Notes: generated by a model not told the origin, from the letters alone. DNA of 64,000 bases from Octopus sinensis (GCF_006345805.1 NC_043008.1:44578001-44642000), one strand, 5' to 3'; positions 1 through 13,376 are shown, numbered from the stretch's first letter. Numbers and translations are program-made.

Positions 1-384
1 TCCGCACCTTACCCTTCCATAACCTACCTGCTTTCAAGAAGCTAAAATCTCTCAATGTTTCACTTTTGTTTGATGTTTCACGCATGTGCAGAATTGTACT
101 GAAAAAGGAGATGTAATAAATGCCAGATCACCACCAGAAAACCCGACATGCTAAAAACAAAAGGTAAACGACTTTATTTCTCGTTTTCCCTTCCCCAAAC
201 AGCTTAATATGAAATTTAGGGAATGTGTAGCTTTTCGAAAGAGGTGAGATGATGGGTGGATGTTTGGGAAGGAGATTTTAGTGTTTCTTTACGAAAAAAA
301 GAATAAGAAAATTCTTTAGGATTCGTACTCTCTCTTTTTGCCCCAATTGATAACCAAGGAAAAAATTGGAAAAAAGCAAATATG

Positions 385-630
385 AAGAAATTGGGGTCGG
401 GAGGGAGATTATGTCTTCGAAACATATGTCGAAAGTAAAAGAATTTGAAAAACATCTGCGTTCAACTCCATTTATTTACTTATAATACACAAATTACTGC
501 ACTTTAACCCGGAGTTTCTACCTTTGAGTAGGTCGCTACATCCCTGTTACTTGCGTGAATTTTGCTACCCTGGTATCTGTTTATTGAATTTTCCATGTCA
601 ACGGTAAACAATGGATAATTCATTCACCCA
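385..630 (+). repeat. Penelope-like terminal repeat relic with hammerhead 3' half (CGAAACATATGTC)
   Basis: The motif ttcgaaacat(a/g)tgtc..gtaaaa..ca(t/c)ctgcgtt..aactc recurs at ~13645-13700 and ~54255-54310. The reverse complement of 560-630 resembles 13560-13630. Confidence 0.5.
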
Positions 631-1529
631 TATATATATACATACATATATATATGTATATATTATTAGAAGAGTTTTATACAACTCCATGTGACTTGTT
701 GTTCCGCGGTCCTTTAAAAGCCCATTTCATTCAGGCTTACAGGCTTAGATTATCAACTACATGTAACTCCTGCAACGTAGATGATTTCAGGGTCTTTTTC
801 GTTCATTTTTCCACTCACACGTAAATACACACATACACACATATGTATATATTTTTATATATACGATATAAAGACTGTTATAAAACTAACTTTGTCTCAT
901 AAGTGATAGCGTCTCTATTCCCTAAACATATCGTTAAAAAAACTGAGCTATCACATACAAATGCAACGTGTAATTTCCACACACCCATACACACATGTAT
1001 CCATATCTATCTATTAATCTATCTGTATCATATATATATATGTATGTATGTCTGTATGAATCTATGTATATATGTATAATTCTATGTTATATCACTCCAC
1101 CAGTTAATACTGTTTGGTGCCACAGAAAAGCCGAGGAAAACGATAAAACCCCATGATTAAATCTCTTCTATTGATTAAGTTCTAACTTAGTTGTTTTTAT
1201 TGTTTATTATTATTGTGTGTGTGTGTGTGTGTATGTTGTGTGTGTGTGTGTGTGTGTGTGTGGATTCTAAACATTGTTTTCTTAACCGAAAAAAAAACAA
1301 AGAAGATTTATAAAAATAAATAAAAGAAACTACAAATATATAATAAAGAAAATAGATTATTTTTTAAAAGATATTGTTGTTGTTGTTTGTTATTAACTTG
1401 ACTTATATACAACTACAACGGTTACATACTCTGGTATTTATACCACAAAATATAATAAGTAATCCGATCGCTGCTGCTGCTGCTGCCGTTATCCATTATA
1501 CATAGATTTATCAGTAGATATAATAGCAT

Positions 1530-1531
1530 TG

Positions 1532-1572
<41 letters not shown>

Positions 1573-1890
1573 TGCAGCAGTAGTAGTAGTAGTAGTAGTG
1601 GTGGTGGTGGTAGTAGTGGTAGTAGTGGTAGTAGTATTAGCGGTGGTGGTGGTAGTAGTAGTAGTAGTAGTGGTGGTGGTGGTAGTAGTGGTAGTAGTGG
1701 TAGTAGTATTAGCGGTGGTGGTGGTAGTAGTAGTAGTAGTAGTTGTAGTGGTGGTGGTGGTGGTGGTGGTAGTAGCAGTAGTAGTGGTGTGGTGGTGGTG
1801 GTGGTGGTGGTGGTGGTTGTGGTTAGGTGGTGTTGGTGGTGGTGGAGGTAGTAGTAGTAGTGGCGGTGGTGGTGGTGGTGGTGGTGGTGT
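1530..1890. repeat. (GTA)n/(GTG)n trinucleotide microsatellite
   Basis: Directly visible, with an internal duplicated block marked by gtattagcggtgg. Confidence 0.95.
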
Positions 1891-2132
1891 TATAGTCTTA
1901 TCTTATCGAGTGTCGGGGGTCGGTCCGTTAGTAGAAGAGGGACCTATACTTAATGCTATTCATTGTCTGATGGATTTTAATATCCAAACCAACGGAGAAG
2001 CATAGAAATGAGAAAACCTATTTAACCTTTGACACGCTCGATGAATATATAACACAAAAGCTATACGGCAAAATTACCATAAATAATACCACCACCACCA
2101 CCACCATTGTTATTATTATAATTATTATTATT

Positions 2133-2765
2133 GAGGTGCCGAGCCGGCAGAAGCGTTAGCACGCCGGGCGAAATGCGTAGCCGTATTTCGTCTGCGGCTA
2201 CGTTCTGAGTTCAAATTCTGCTGAAGTCGACTTTGCCTTCCATCCTTTCGGGATCGATTAAATTAGTACCTGTTACGCCATGGGGGTCGATGTAAATAGA
2301 CTTAATACTTTCCCCCAAGTTTGAGACCTTGCTCCTATAATAGAAAGGATTATTATTATTGTTGTTGTTGTTGTTGTTATTATCATTATTATTATTAAGA
2401 CGGCAAGCTTAGCGGTATTCCGTTTGCTTTTACATTCTGAGTTCAAATTGCTATGGCTATTATCCTTTAGGGAACGATAAAAGAAGTGCTAGTCAAGTAC
2501 TGAGGTTGATGCATTCAACAAGTTCCTGCCCCTCAAAAATTTCAGGACTTTTGCGTATCGTACAAAGGATTGATATTATTATTGAGGCGGCACGGTAGCG
2601 GAATCGTTAGCGGCGCACCGGGCATAATGTTTGGCTTTATGTTCTGAGTACAAATTCCACCGAAGTCAACTTTGCCTTTCATTATTTCGGGGGTTGATAA
2701 AATAAGTACCAGTTGAATCATGGGGTTAATGAAATCGATTTACTCTTGTGTCAAAATTTGAAACC
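2133..2765 (+). mobile_element. Three tandem copies of SINE family A (MetaSINE-like core) separated by (ATT)n
   Basis: Each copy resembles ggcagaa.cgttagcacgccgggcgaaatgc..gttctgagttcaaattc..gtcgactttgcctttcatcctttcggggtcgataaa..agtaccag. Copies at ~2133-2350, 2399-2570 and 2584-2765. Confidence 0.85.
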
Positions 2766-3639
2766 ATTATTGTTATTAGTTTTGATAATCCAACAGATTT
2801 GGCAGACATTTCTTTGTAAAATAAAACTAGGGGATTAATTCGCAATAATTGAAAACGTTTAAAGTAGTTTGTATCGTTTTATACAGAGACGGTGGTTAAT
2901 ATGGCGATTGTGGGACAACAATGTAATCTTTAGTTAAATAACAACTGACAAGACGTATTGACTTAACAAATCTTTGCAATATTATTCTTCATTTTTTTCA
3001 ATTTTGTTTTTTTTTTATTTTTCTTTTATCAAAACAATAGAAAGAAAAATTTTAATTAAAATTCAAGCTATACAATCTGAAAGTATAGAGTTTCTTCATT
3101 TAAAAGAGTTCTGAACTTGTCAAAGTTTTGTGTGGGTCGTTTCATTATATTTTAACGCTACCATCTTTGAATCTCTGCTTTTCTGATACATAAATCTAAA
3201 CAGTAAATTAATTACACATTCTGAACTATTACGAAAAAACAAAATGCGAAAAGCAGATAAAATAGGTTTCATCTTTATATTTCGTAGGCCAGATTCTTCA
3301 TGTGAACTCCTGTAATGAAATAGATTTTGTTGTATATTGGGAGGGTCATTTTGCCAATAATAAACACTTAACACCCGACAAACCTTATATTATTTTGTGT
3401 TAATTATGTTACCTTGTGGTTTGGTAGAGTCGTAATGACCATCACCCTTTAGGTATTTCCTCGGGCTTTCCGTAAACCCTGACATTGAAATCTGCTAGAG
3501 GTAGTTTTTCCCATTATTATTTCGGTTAAAAGGACGGTGAGCAACAGAATTGTAAGCACGCCGAACAAAATCTTTAGCAGCATTTTTTCCAGATTTATGC
3601 CCTAATTTCAAATTCCGCCCAGCTTTTCTTTGGGCCCTA

Positions 3640-3850
3640 AAAAAAAAGGTTAAGTTACCGCTTCGAGTCATACCGACTGATAAGGGCTGGTCTTCCGGTT
3701 TCAATGGCGTATAAATTCCCCACCTGAACGAGGCCACCGTCAGTCACATGATTACTCATTTTTGTCAGCGGAGCGAAATGGAGCAACGTGGAATGACGTT
3801 TTTTACTCAAGAATATAACGAGTCACCCGGTCCAAGAATCGAAACCACAT
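3640..3850 (-). mobile_element. Decayed tRNA-derived SINE
   Basis: The minus strand has B-box-like gtggtttcgattcttggaccggg followed by ttcttgagtaaaa, as in the other tRNA-SINE heads in this window. Confidence 0.5.
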
Positions 3851-3959
3851 ACTACCTGCCTCCATATCTACCTGCCTCCAATTTCTTTGAGCACTGGTGT
3901 CGTTGAAATCGACTCGACCCCTTCTCTAAATTTTCAGGTCATGTACGCACAGTAGAAGG

Positions 3960-4438
3960 CCTATATAAGGCAGAACCGTTACACCAGCGGACAAAATGCT
4001 TAATTGCCCTTCGTCAATCTTTACATTCTCAAATCCAATCCCACCGAGGTCGACTTTATCTTACCACCTTTCGGAAATGATCAACTGAAAAATCAGCTGA
4101 CCTTTGGGGGTCGACATAATAGACAGCACTTCCATCCCCAAAATTCAGACCTAGTATTTAATGTAGAACGTGGTATTTTGCTTAGTAATATATTACGAAA
4201 CCAAAAGGCGGCGAACTGTCAGAAACGTTAGCACGCCGGGCGAAATGCTTAGCTGTATTTCGTCTGCCGTTACGTTCTGAGTTCAAATTCCGCCGAGGTC
4301 GACTTTGCTTTTCATCCTTTCGGGGTCGATAAATTAAGTACCAGCTATGCACTAGGGTCGATATAATCGACTTAATCCGTTTGCCTGTCCTTGTTTGTCT
4401 CCTCTGTGTTTAGCCCATTATGGGTAGTAATGAAATAT
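3960..4438 (+). mobile_element. SINE family A: one degenerate copy and one full copy (4207-4438)
   Basis: 4207-4438 is a close match to the family A sequence, including the tail ttgtttgtc.cctct.tgtttagccc..gggtagtaa. Confidence 0.9.
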
Positions 4439-5099
4439 ATATATATATTACGAAACCGCGCATGGTTCTCTTCTTCTTCTTCTTCTTCTTCTTCTTCTGC
4501 CTTTGTACTATTGGCTATGGCCCACAACAAAGTGTCTTGTAAAGGAAAAAAAACGAAGAAAGACAGAGTGAAGCAACCTTTGTATTTTCCCATGAAAAGT
4601 TCATGACATCTACATAGAGCAGGTCATGAACTTCCCGACGGGTCGCTAGTTGACCTCATAGCGTAAAGAAGGAAGGCAGTAATTGAAATTATGTTTGAAA
4701 ATAAAGATTCGAATTTAAAAGAAAAAGAAAAAAAGACCTAAAATAGATATTCGTGTATATTTACAGGAGAGGAAAAATGTTGAAGAAATTCTACAAATGG
4801 AAATAAGGCAACATGATATCAATATATTGATGCAGTAGTCATACTTGACACAACAAGTATTGTATTTCGCTTAGTATTCATAGAGATTATGCTGGACAGA
4901 AATACGCACACTCGAAGCCACGAAAATAAAAGCAGAATAATAAGAGTAGCGCTGAAATATAGAAGTCAAGCCTTCGGTTGGTGAATTATATAAATATTGG
5001 ATAACATATATTCAGTGCTGAGTAACGTATCATTATACGTTCAAAACCCACCGAGGCCAATCTTGGACATGACTAATATTATTATTTTAAATATTTGCC

Positions 5100-5848
5100 A
5101 CAAGGCAGCTTGGGGGACGAGTCGAGTAGATCGAAGCCAATGTCCAACTGGTACTTATCTTATTGAAGGGATGAAAGGCGAAGTCGACCTCGGCGGGATT
5201 TGAACTCAGAAAGTAGCGACGGACTAAATACCTATTTCTTTACTACCCACAATGAGCTAAACACAGAGGGGATAAACAAGGACAGAGAAATGGATTTAGT
5301 CGATTATATCGACTCCAGTGCGTAAATGGTACTTATTTATCGACGCCGAAAGGATGAAAGGCAAAGTCGACCTCGGCGGAATTTGAACTCAGAGCGTAGC
5401 GACGGGCGAAATACGGCTAAGCATTTCGCCCGGCGTGCTAACGATTCTGCCACCTAGCCGCCTTCACTACTACTAATAACTATTATTTCAAATCTTGTGG
5501 GAGGGGCCAGTCCATTAGATCGACCCGAGGACGCAGCTGGTACTTAATTTATCGATCCCGAAAGGATGAAAGGCAAAGCTGAATCTGAACTCAGAACATA
5601 ATGACAGATGAAATACCTATTTCTTTATTACCCACAAGGGGCTAAACATAGAGGGGACAAACAAGGACAGACATAGGTATTAAGTCGATTACATCGCCCC
5701 CAGTGCGGAACTGGTACTTAATTTATCGACCACGAAAGGATGAAAGGCAAAGTCAACCTCGACGGAATTTGAACTCAACGTAACGACAGACAAAATACCA
5801 CTAAGCATTTCATCCGGCGTGTTAACGTTTCTGGCAGCACGCCGCCTT
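5100..5848 (-). mobile_element. Two dimeric SINE family A elements in tandem
   Basis: The reverse-complement core gaaaggatgaaaggcaaag occurs four times (one degenerate). Heads end at ~5463 and ~5848. Confidence 0.9.
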
Positions 5849-7577
5849 ATCTATGAGGAATATTGGAGGCAAATTGAATTATTATAAAATGCAGAACAGT
5901 TCTTTGGTCGCTTTGGTGTACATTTGCCTCGATTCAGTAGTCAAAGGGAATAGCCTTCTATGGAAACTATTCACGAATTATGCGCTTGCTTTGTGAATGT
6001 TACCCTCTCTTAGTATGTGAATGTTGCCACTTCAGTGCTTTACGTACTGACTCTAGACCCGCTATTGCGGAAACTTGAGCCTTTTAGAGCATCCGGTGTG
6101 AACTAGGATGCGGATATCTGCATCGGAATCTGCTGATGAAATTTGCCGTAAGCTTATCTGATCCCAAACACATGGAGGGCATCGCAGCATCTGTCTCTTT
6201 GTACAGGACTACAGCGCGTTGAGAGGTTCAACTGGGAGAAAATGACATTAGCTTACGTCCTTTTATTGCCTCCTCTACGCTTGGGCTAAGCAGGAACATT
6301 AACGTATTTAATGGATGCTTCAAAATATTTATGCATGAACGGGTTCTACTATTATTTCAAAATCTATAAGACACAAGAATTAGGCCAACTATTATTTGCA
6401 AAATGAATTCATTGGATCTTTTGAATAATGTATGAAGAACGTTATCACGCAAATGCCTGATATATTGAGCTACAGAATACCAAACGTATGTGATATTTGG
6501 CTGGATGTTTGATATGCAATTTGAAATGGTTTCTTCGTGTTTATATATTCAAATACTAATGTGTGCTTTCATATATGACAGACAGACAGTAAAATGAATA
6601 AACTTCATGACAATTTCCTCAAGATTACCAGTGAAAGGTTAATCTACATGTAAACATAATCAGTTGCCCGTCCTTAGATCTTTTTATTCCATTTAGTTGG
6701 ACATGGAATTCTTTTACCGCTTATACGAACATTACCAGTGGGATTATCTTTAAAATTAATTCACAGACGAGGTTATTATGAATGTAATTTAGGGCAGTCT
6801 GTTAAATATATGAGTTTTGCTGTAATACAACTGAAATTTCTTCCATTTTCTTGTTGCACAAACTTAGGATTTTTGCTTTGTCTTTTGAGGACCTTCTTAT
6901 CGAGTGGAAAAATACTTTTTTAAAATGTAGGCAGTAAATTCCGAGAGATTTTACTCCTATATTCAGCAGATCTAGAAACTACAATCTAATATCAATTTCC
7001 AGTTCTAATCTCGGTAACAGTAGTGAAATAGTTGAATTTAATGGCCGACTGAAAAATTTCGTTGCTAAGTTGACCTGATAAGCTATTTGATATTTGCGTT
7101 TTTCGATCCACCACCTTGAATTGTGTAAATGGAATGTTGCATAGGAAATTACTACCAAGTGTTCTTTTATATGTATATGGTAATATTTGTCGCCAGTTGA
7201 ACATGGTTGTCCCGTTGGAACGGACGTTACTGCGATGTTTTAACCCCCAAGACGATATTTCCTCTACCTGGTTAACGATGCAACCTGCATCCGATATATT
7301 GGGAGCAAGGGAGCGAACTCTTACCACTTTTCAGCTATAGGTCCAGCTGACTAGCCTGGCATCGGGTTATTTCTACCCTTCCTCAATATTGGAGACCTTG
7401 TCTAATAGAGATGGCAGTAGCTCGCTTCAATCCGCAATATATAGAAATTGAAGCGCCATTCAGTCGCTGATCTTGTAACAAGCAAAGCAACCAGTTATAA
7501 GATATGTGTAAGAGTGGAAAGTAGTAACTGTACTGGCAAGTAATGTTTGTCGCCACTCCAAATAAGAGCACTTTAAA

Positions 7578-7745
7578 CGAGAGCACTCAATGCAATCTTC
7601 ACCAAGGCCACCTTGGCGGAGGTTACTTTGGCGCAAACATCCGCCAAGGAAACACCAATGTCCCCTCATTGATTAGCAGGAGATCTATTTTAAAACGAGA
7701 ATATATTAAATAAAATCGATTGCTCTCACAAACGAGGATACTAAA
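7578..7745 (-). mobile_element. Helentron-associated (HINE-like) non-autonomous element end
   Basis: Homologous to 9277-9410, with ccgccaagg/ccttggcgg sub-terminal inverted motifs. Confidence 0.5.
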
Positions 7746-7930
7746 GCTCCCTTGCTCGCAAAATATCGGATACAGGCTGCATTATTAACCAGCTAGAAGA
7801 AATGTGCTCTTGGGGCTAAAAATGATTGCAGTAACGTCCGTTCATTACAAACATTACTTGCCAGTACGGATATTGCTTTCATCCATTATATAGATTTCAT
7901 AACTAGCTTCTATGCTTGATACATATATTT

Positions 7931-8238
7931 ATCACCGTCGCCATGACCGACCAGATTATCAGATGTTGCCACACATCGCTGGTCACAATGCGCTTCGCAT
8001 TGTTTTAGCCTTCAAATGACGCCACCCCGCTGGCTAAGCGAGCAAGCCACCAGAAGAAAGAGTGAGAGAAAGTTGAGGCGAAAGAGTACAGCTGGGATCG
8101 CCACCACTCCTGCCGGAGCCTCGTGGAGCTTCAGGTGTTTTCGCTCAATAAACACTCACCACACCCGGTCTGTGAATCGATACCGCGATCCTACGACCGC
8201 GATTCCGCTGCCCTAAGCACTGGGCCATTGCGCTTCCA
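7931..8238 (-). mobile_element. tRNA-derived SINE family B
   Basis: The reverse complement begins ggaagcgcaatggcccagtgcttagggcagcgg (A box) and matches the copies at 21311 and 45030. Confidence 0.9.
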
Positions 8239-8810
8239 CACATATATTTATACATTTGTACAAACATATATTTGTACACGCATACCAATATATCGTAAAA
8301 CTCTCAAGTTTATATAAATCGAATCTTCATAAGATATATATCCACAATCGAGTTTCTATCAATTTAGAGGTTCTTCCATTTGTTTTTCTCCGCATTGAAT
8401 ACAAGCAATATTTTCCTTTGCTGCAATGGAATCTGGTCACCGCCAGCTTATAATATTTAAGGAATTATATAATAACACAAAACCAATAAGTAATAATGCC
8501 GTCTTATAGATCAGACAGAAAATTCTTGAGGTTCGATTGAAACTACAATGAATACTGCATTCAGAAAGCGTGTTGGAATGTCTGTTATTGACTGGAACTT
8601 TGGTAGCCAGAATCACGGCAACGGGATTTTATTATTTACGCTCATGGCGACAAGTATTCGACCTCCTATGGCTTAGCTTCTACATGGATATCAAGGAATT
8701 GTTTTGTAACAGTAACCTTTTGGTCATCTCAGTTCCAAGAAACGACCATTTTGCTTTTATGGACTATATCATAAGAGACTTTGCTTACACTGCTTAGACT
8801 GTCACACGAT

Positions 8811-8843
<33 letters not shown>

Positions 8844-9029
8844 TACTACTACTACTACTACTACTACTACAAAGAATGCATAACGCACTCCCTTCTAAAA
8901 TAATACTGATCGACTCTATCTGCCAAAAGGTGAAGCAGGGAGAGGATTACTAAACGCGGAATACATTATTGTTAGTGCGATACTGGCTTTGAAATGCCGA
9001 GTCGTACAGAATAAAGAAAGAATACTTTC

Positions 9030-9215
9030 GACAGATGAGGCGATTGTGGAAGACTCAAGCATCAATTATTGCTGTTGTACTAGGTGCACTTGGAAAAAAC
9101 ACACAAAATGTTACCCAAAAGACTGAAAGAAAGTGAAATTGCTATTCGTATTGTCGATCTGCAGAAAATGTATTATCCTATATTCTGAAACAATCCTAAG
9201 AAAAAGTTTTGAGAT
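9030..9215 (+). pseudogene. C-terminal fragment of a restriction-like-endonuclease (R4/Dong-like) non-LTR retrotransposon
   Basis: Manual translation across frameshifts: MRRLWKTQASIIAVVLGALG..LPKRLKE..DLQK..ILRKSFEI, matching the typical W..IPVVxGALG..QK..ILRK tail. Confidence 0.6.
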
Positions 9216-9276
9216 TTTAGAGAACTTGTCATCAAATCTCAAGATAGAATACCTACTAACCAAATTAACATGCACA

Positions 9277-9490
9277 ACAAGAGCACTCAGAGAGTGCAAA
9301 ACTCCGCCAAGCCAACAGCGATGTCCTCCCAACGATTAGCTGGAGATAGTTTTTAAAATGAGAATCTCTGAAATATATTTGACTGCTCTCACAAACGAGA
9401 ATACTAAAACTGAACACAGCTACTCTCAAAACTTAGAAAAAAAAATAAGGAAAAATTATCCAGAATCCGTATCCGGTACCTGGTCGATCA
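9277..9490 (-). mobile_element. Helentron-associated (HINE-like) element 3' end
   Basis: The reverse complement ends cttggcggagttttgcactc-tct-gagtgctcttgt: a sub-TIR followed by a short stem-loop. A second copy is at 7578. Confidence 0.55.
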
Positions 9491-10104
9491 CAACTATAGT
9501 CATAGAATGTGAAGGTGGGTGTGCAGGCCGTGTTTGTAATGCTATGTGTGTGTCATCTGCAGTCGAAACAGGGGCAGCTTTCTCTATGAAGGCCTTTTTT
9601 AGTCTAAATACTGATATAGTGTCTTTACGACCATTAAGGTCTATAGTGAAAAATTTATCCATGCGTAAAAGAAAACGGAAAGGACATGTTGAACATGTCT
9701 TTCAGTGGCTGACGATATGTGCATCTCTAATCACGAGCAGAAGTAGTGGGGGAGCATCGTAGCCATGCGCTGAGTGGGACTCTTTGGGGTGTGGATCCTT
9801 CACCTCTAGAAACAAGGGTGTTTCATCCAAGATCCCCTAACAACCCTTATTCAAGGACCGTTTGAGCGGGATGGGCCACTCGACATGAGGAAAATTCTAA
9901 CTGTGCCCCACCTACAAGGCCATGCGCTGTTTATCTAGATATGAGATCACCACGTCACATACATATGGTTGTATTGCATGTACCTGGCGTACCCTTATCA
10001 GACGGATAGTCATGATGTGCATACTGAGCTTCGTATATTTAACCTCAGTCTCACTTTGATGGTATTCAGTGCTCTCCCCCTTAAAAATAACACTAATAAT
10101 TTCA

Positions 10105-10280
10105 AACTTTGGCATACGGCAACCAATTTCGACGGTAAATCGATTACATCTAGCCCAGTAACGAAATGGTACTTATTTTATCGACATCGTAAAAATGAGA
10201 GGCAAAGCTGACCTCGGGGGAATTTGAACTCAGAACGGAAACGCTGTTGAACGAGCAAACGGCTCTGCCAGGTCGCCGAG
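10105..10280 (-). mobile_element. Degenerate SINE family A
   Basis: Contains ggtacttattttatcgac..ggcaaagctgacctcgggggaatttgaactcagaacg. Confidence 0.75.
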
Positions 10281-10399
10281 CGTAATGATAATGCAAATAT
10301 TAGATAGTTGAAAAGAAGACAGTACACTACCGTAGGTTGCACGTAGCAACCATGGTGCGCATGCAAGACTCCATGTGTTCCAACAAACACTGAGTTAAA

Positions 10400-10780
10400 A
10401 AGAATATCTCAGAACGGTTACACTACAAATGATGGAAGAAGCACTTGGAATGATCCAACGAGGAACTGAAATTATGTGAGAATGATACCAGACTTACTCT
10501 TCATGCAGAAAGTTCAAAAGATTGTTTTAACTGGTGCGTCAAACGTATCGAGAAAAGCATTGTCGCTATGAATTTTCTTTGCTTTTTTCTTTTGGTTTTC
10601 TTTTTCTTGTTTTTTCCTCCGTTTCCATATTTAAAATTTTTTCACTTTACTTTCCCTTTTTCTTTCTTTCTTTAAATGAGCAATCTGGTGTGTTTACTTT
10701 AATAACTTACCAAGGTTTCTTTGCCCCAGGTGTCGAGAAGACACTTGGAAAGAAATGGAAACAAAATTGAAAGCAGAGGA
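10400..10780 (+). pseudogene. R4/Dong-like non-LTR retrotransposon 3' end (endonuclease tail plus probable 3' UTR)
   Basis: Manual translation YLRTVT..EALGMIQRG..YVRMIP..VQKIVLTGASNVSRKALSL* resembles the GALG..QK..L.G...ILRK.L terminus. Confidence 0.55.
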
Positions 10781-12043
10781 TAGCAATAGTAATAATGATA
10801 GTGATGGCGACGACGATTGTAACGATGATGACGACGTTGACGATGATGATGATGCTGTGGAGCCTACTAATAATAATAATAAGCGTATCGGATATAGTAT
10901 TTCCTCTTTCTTGCGCAGACATTTTAGTCCGATGACTTAAGATAGCTTGAACTCAATACGAAGACATTTAGCTTGAAAAGTGACATTGAGGACAGGATTA
11001 ATTAAAGCTGACTGGTGCTGGAAAGAATAGGAACATTGGCCAATGCAAAATCCGTAGGAAACAACACAAAACAAGACAAAAACACAAGGATAAACGCTGC
11101 AGAAAATGGTGCTGATTACAGCGATTGTGTCGGTGGTGACAACGAGTAGTCGAAATCAATAAACCATAAATGAAAATAAAAAAAAAGGAAAGAAAAAATA
11201 AGAATGGTGAAAAGAAAATCGATGACGACTAAAAGAAAAGTTGAAGGAATGTCCAGTAGTAACGCAAATTCTAAATATGGTAATGATGTTGCCACATTGT
11301 GGTCGGCACCAAGTCTAGACTATTCTGTAGTGGCTGGAAGATTGCGGGATTAGGGTTATTGAGAGTAGAACAATGAGGAATATGCCAGTCGTGTGTAATT
11401 TAAGAAAAAATCGAAATACTTGTCATTGTAAATAATAATGATTAGGAGTCGAAGCATGGGTCATTTTTTTTTTTTGAAAATACGATTGAATCACAAAAAC
11501 TAATTTCATTCTATTTTTGTTTACATTTTATTTATTTTATTTATATTCTATTCTTATGATACCGTTGTAGTTCTTTTGTTTGTTTTATTTAAATCCAATA
11601 TTGGGAATAAAATAACTTAATGAAATTTCCTTGCGGATTATTAATGAAATTTGCGGTGATATATCCGTGAAAATAATGAGGTGATACATTATACAAAAGG
11701 TTAAACGACTTAAGCAAATGACAAATATTAGTGCAGCATGAACGAATTGAATAGAATGTGTTCCATTGAGACTAGTTCCAATGTTCATACTTCACTCTGT
11801 AGAGTTCTAGCTGGACGAACAAAAATGAATATTTATAGTCTAGAATGAATCGGAAACAAATTTATTTTGATAAACAGTTGCGTATAATTTGTGTATCTGA
11901 AATGTATCTGTGGAAAGCAGTAGGAAACAATATTTTGAGATGTATGACTCATATTTACATTCGATATTTTACATAAAGGCCAATTGCATATATGTATATA
12001 TGTGGTTATATATTTATATATATATGTGTGTGTGTGTGTATGT

Positions 12044-12086
<43 letters not shown>

Positions 12087-12104
12087 TATATATATATATA
12101 TATT

Positions 12105-12400
12105 TATATTATAATAAATTAGAGACAAAACCACTATTATGCAAATCAAACAAAGAAAGACTTAAGCCAATACATAAAATAATTTATATAAATTAAAATT
12201 TAACAATTATAAATAACCACTACGATCGTTTCGTGTCAGCACATCTTGAGACATTCTTGGCTTAAGTCTTTCTTTGTTTGATTTGCATAATAGTGGTTTT
12301 GTCTCTAATTTATTATAATATAATATTTTACTATAAAATTGGATTCAATCCTAAATCTGATTTTTCCCTGTAAATTTGGATTTATTCCCTAATATTTATT
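12105..12400. mobile_element. Minimal Penelope-like remnant with perfect 66-bp inverted repeat
   Basis: 12105-12170 is the exact reverse complement of 12257-12322. The spacer carries CGAAACGATCGTA on the minus strand, and both sides are flanked by (TA)n. Confidence 0.65.
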
Positions 12401-12436
12401 ATTATATATATATATTTATATATACATACATACATA

Positions 12437-12482
<46 letters not shown>

Positions 12483-13311
12483 ATATATATATACATATAT
12501 ATATGTGTGTGTATGTATGTATATTTATATAAAATTATGAGTTAGAGGTTATGTAACCTTCTAAGGATAAATGTATCCGTAGGCACTACCGGTGTACTAT
12601 CTCACCATGTATAGGGCTTGCTGTAAGGTTAAGAGTAGTTGGTAATTTAAATAGTAAACCGTGGTTTAATATATCCCACACGTGGAACCTTAAATGACAC
12701 AAAAATTTAAGCCTAAAGACTTAACGAACTTTTTCTCTTTTTTCCTTTTTCCTTTTCCTTTCCCTTTTCTTTCCTCCTGCATATATTCCCTCGATAAACA
12801 CTAAATCATTCTGACGATCTTCGTTAAACGGAACAATATAAATGCAAATTTACTTCTAAAATAACAAACTGAAACAGCTGGAAATGGTTTTTTAAATACA
12901 ATTAAACTTTGACCTGTTAATACCAATGATCAACTTCTAAAGGTTAATTGTTGCCCCATTTCTTTTCTTATCTGTACACACACACAGAGATTATGATTGA
13001 AATTAAAGTTTAAATAAGAGACTTAATATGGTAGTTCCCAAACTTTATCGTGGGTATTCCTAAGTAGTGTGCCTTGAGATCACGTTCAGCACATACTACC
13101 AGTCGCCACCCTGCCACACACAGTAGCAATATATACATATTGTAACACTGTAAAGTATTACGTAACCTGATGATGTTTCTTCTGCGTTGTGGGGTGCATT
13201 CGATTCCATTATATCGTTCCCCACCCACTAGGGAGCAGTGCAGATGTAATCCGAAACAACCGTCGTGTTAATAGAGAGCTTACAGCACATCTGTCTTCCT
13301 TGTTAATCATG

Positions 13312-13376
<65 letters not shown>

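Noticed and set aside
1529-2005. 158-aa poly-Val/Trp/Gly ORF
   Set aside because: It is a translation of a (GTA/GTG)n microsatellite.
9670-10080. GC-richer block that looks like a dispersed repeat or retroelement UTR
   Set aside because: There is only one copy in the window and no diagnostic motif, so it cannot be classified from sequence alone.
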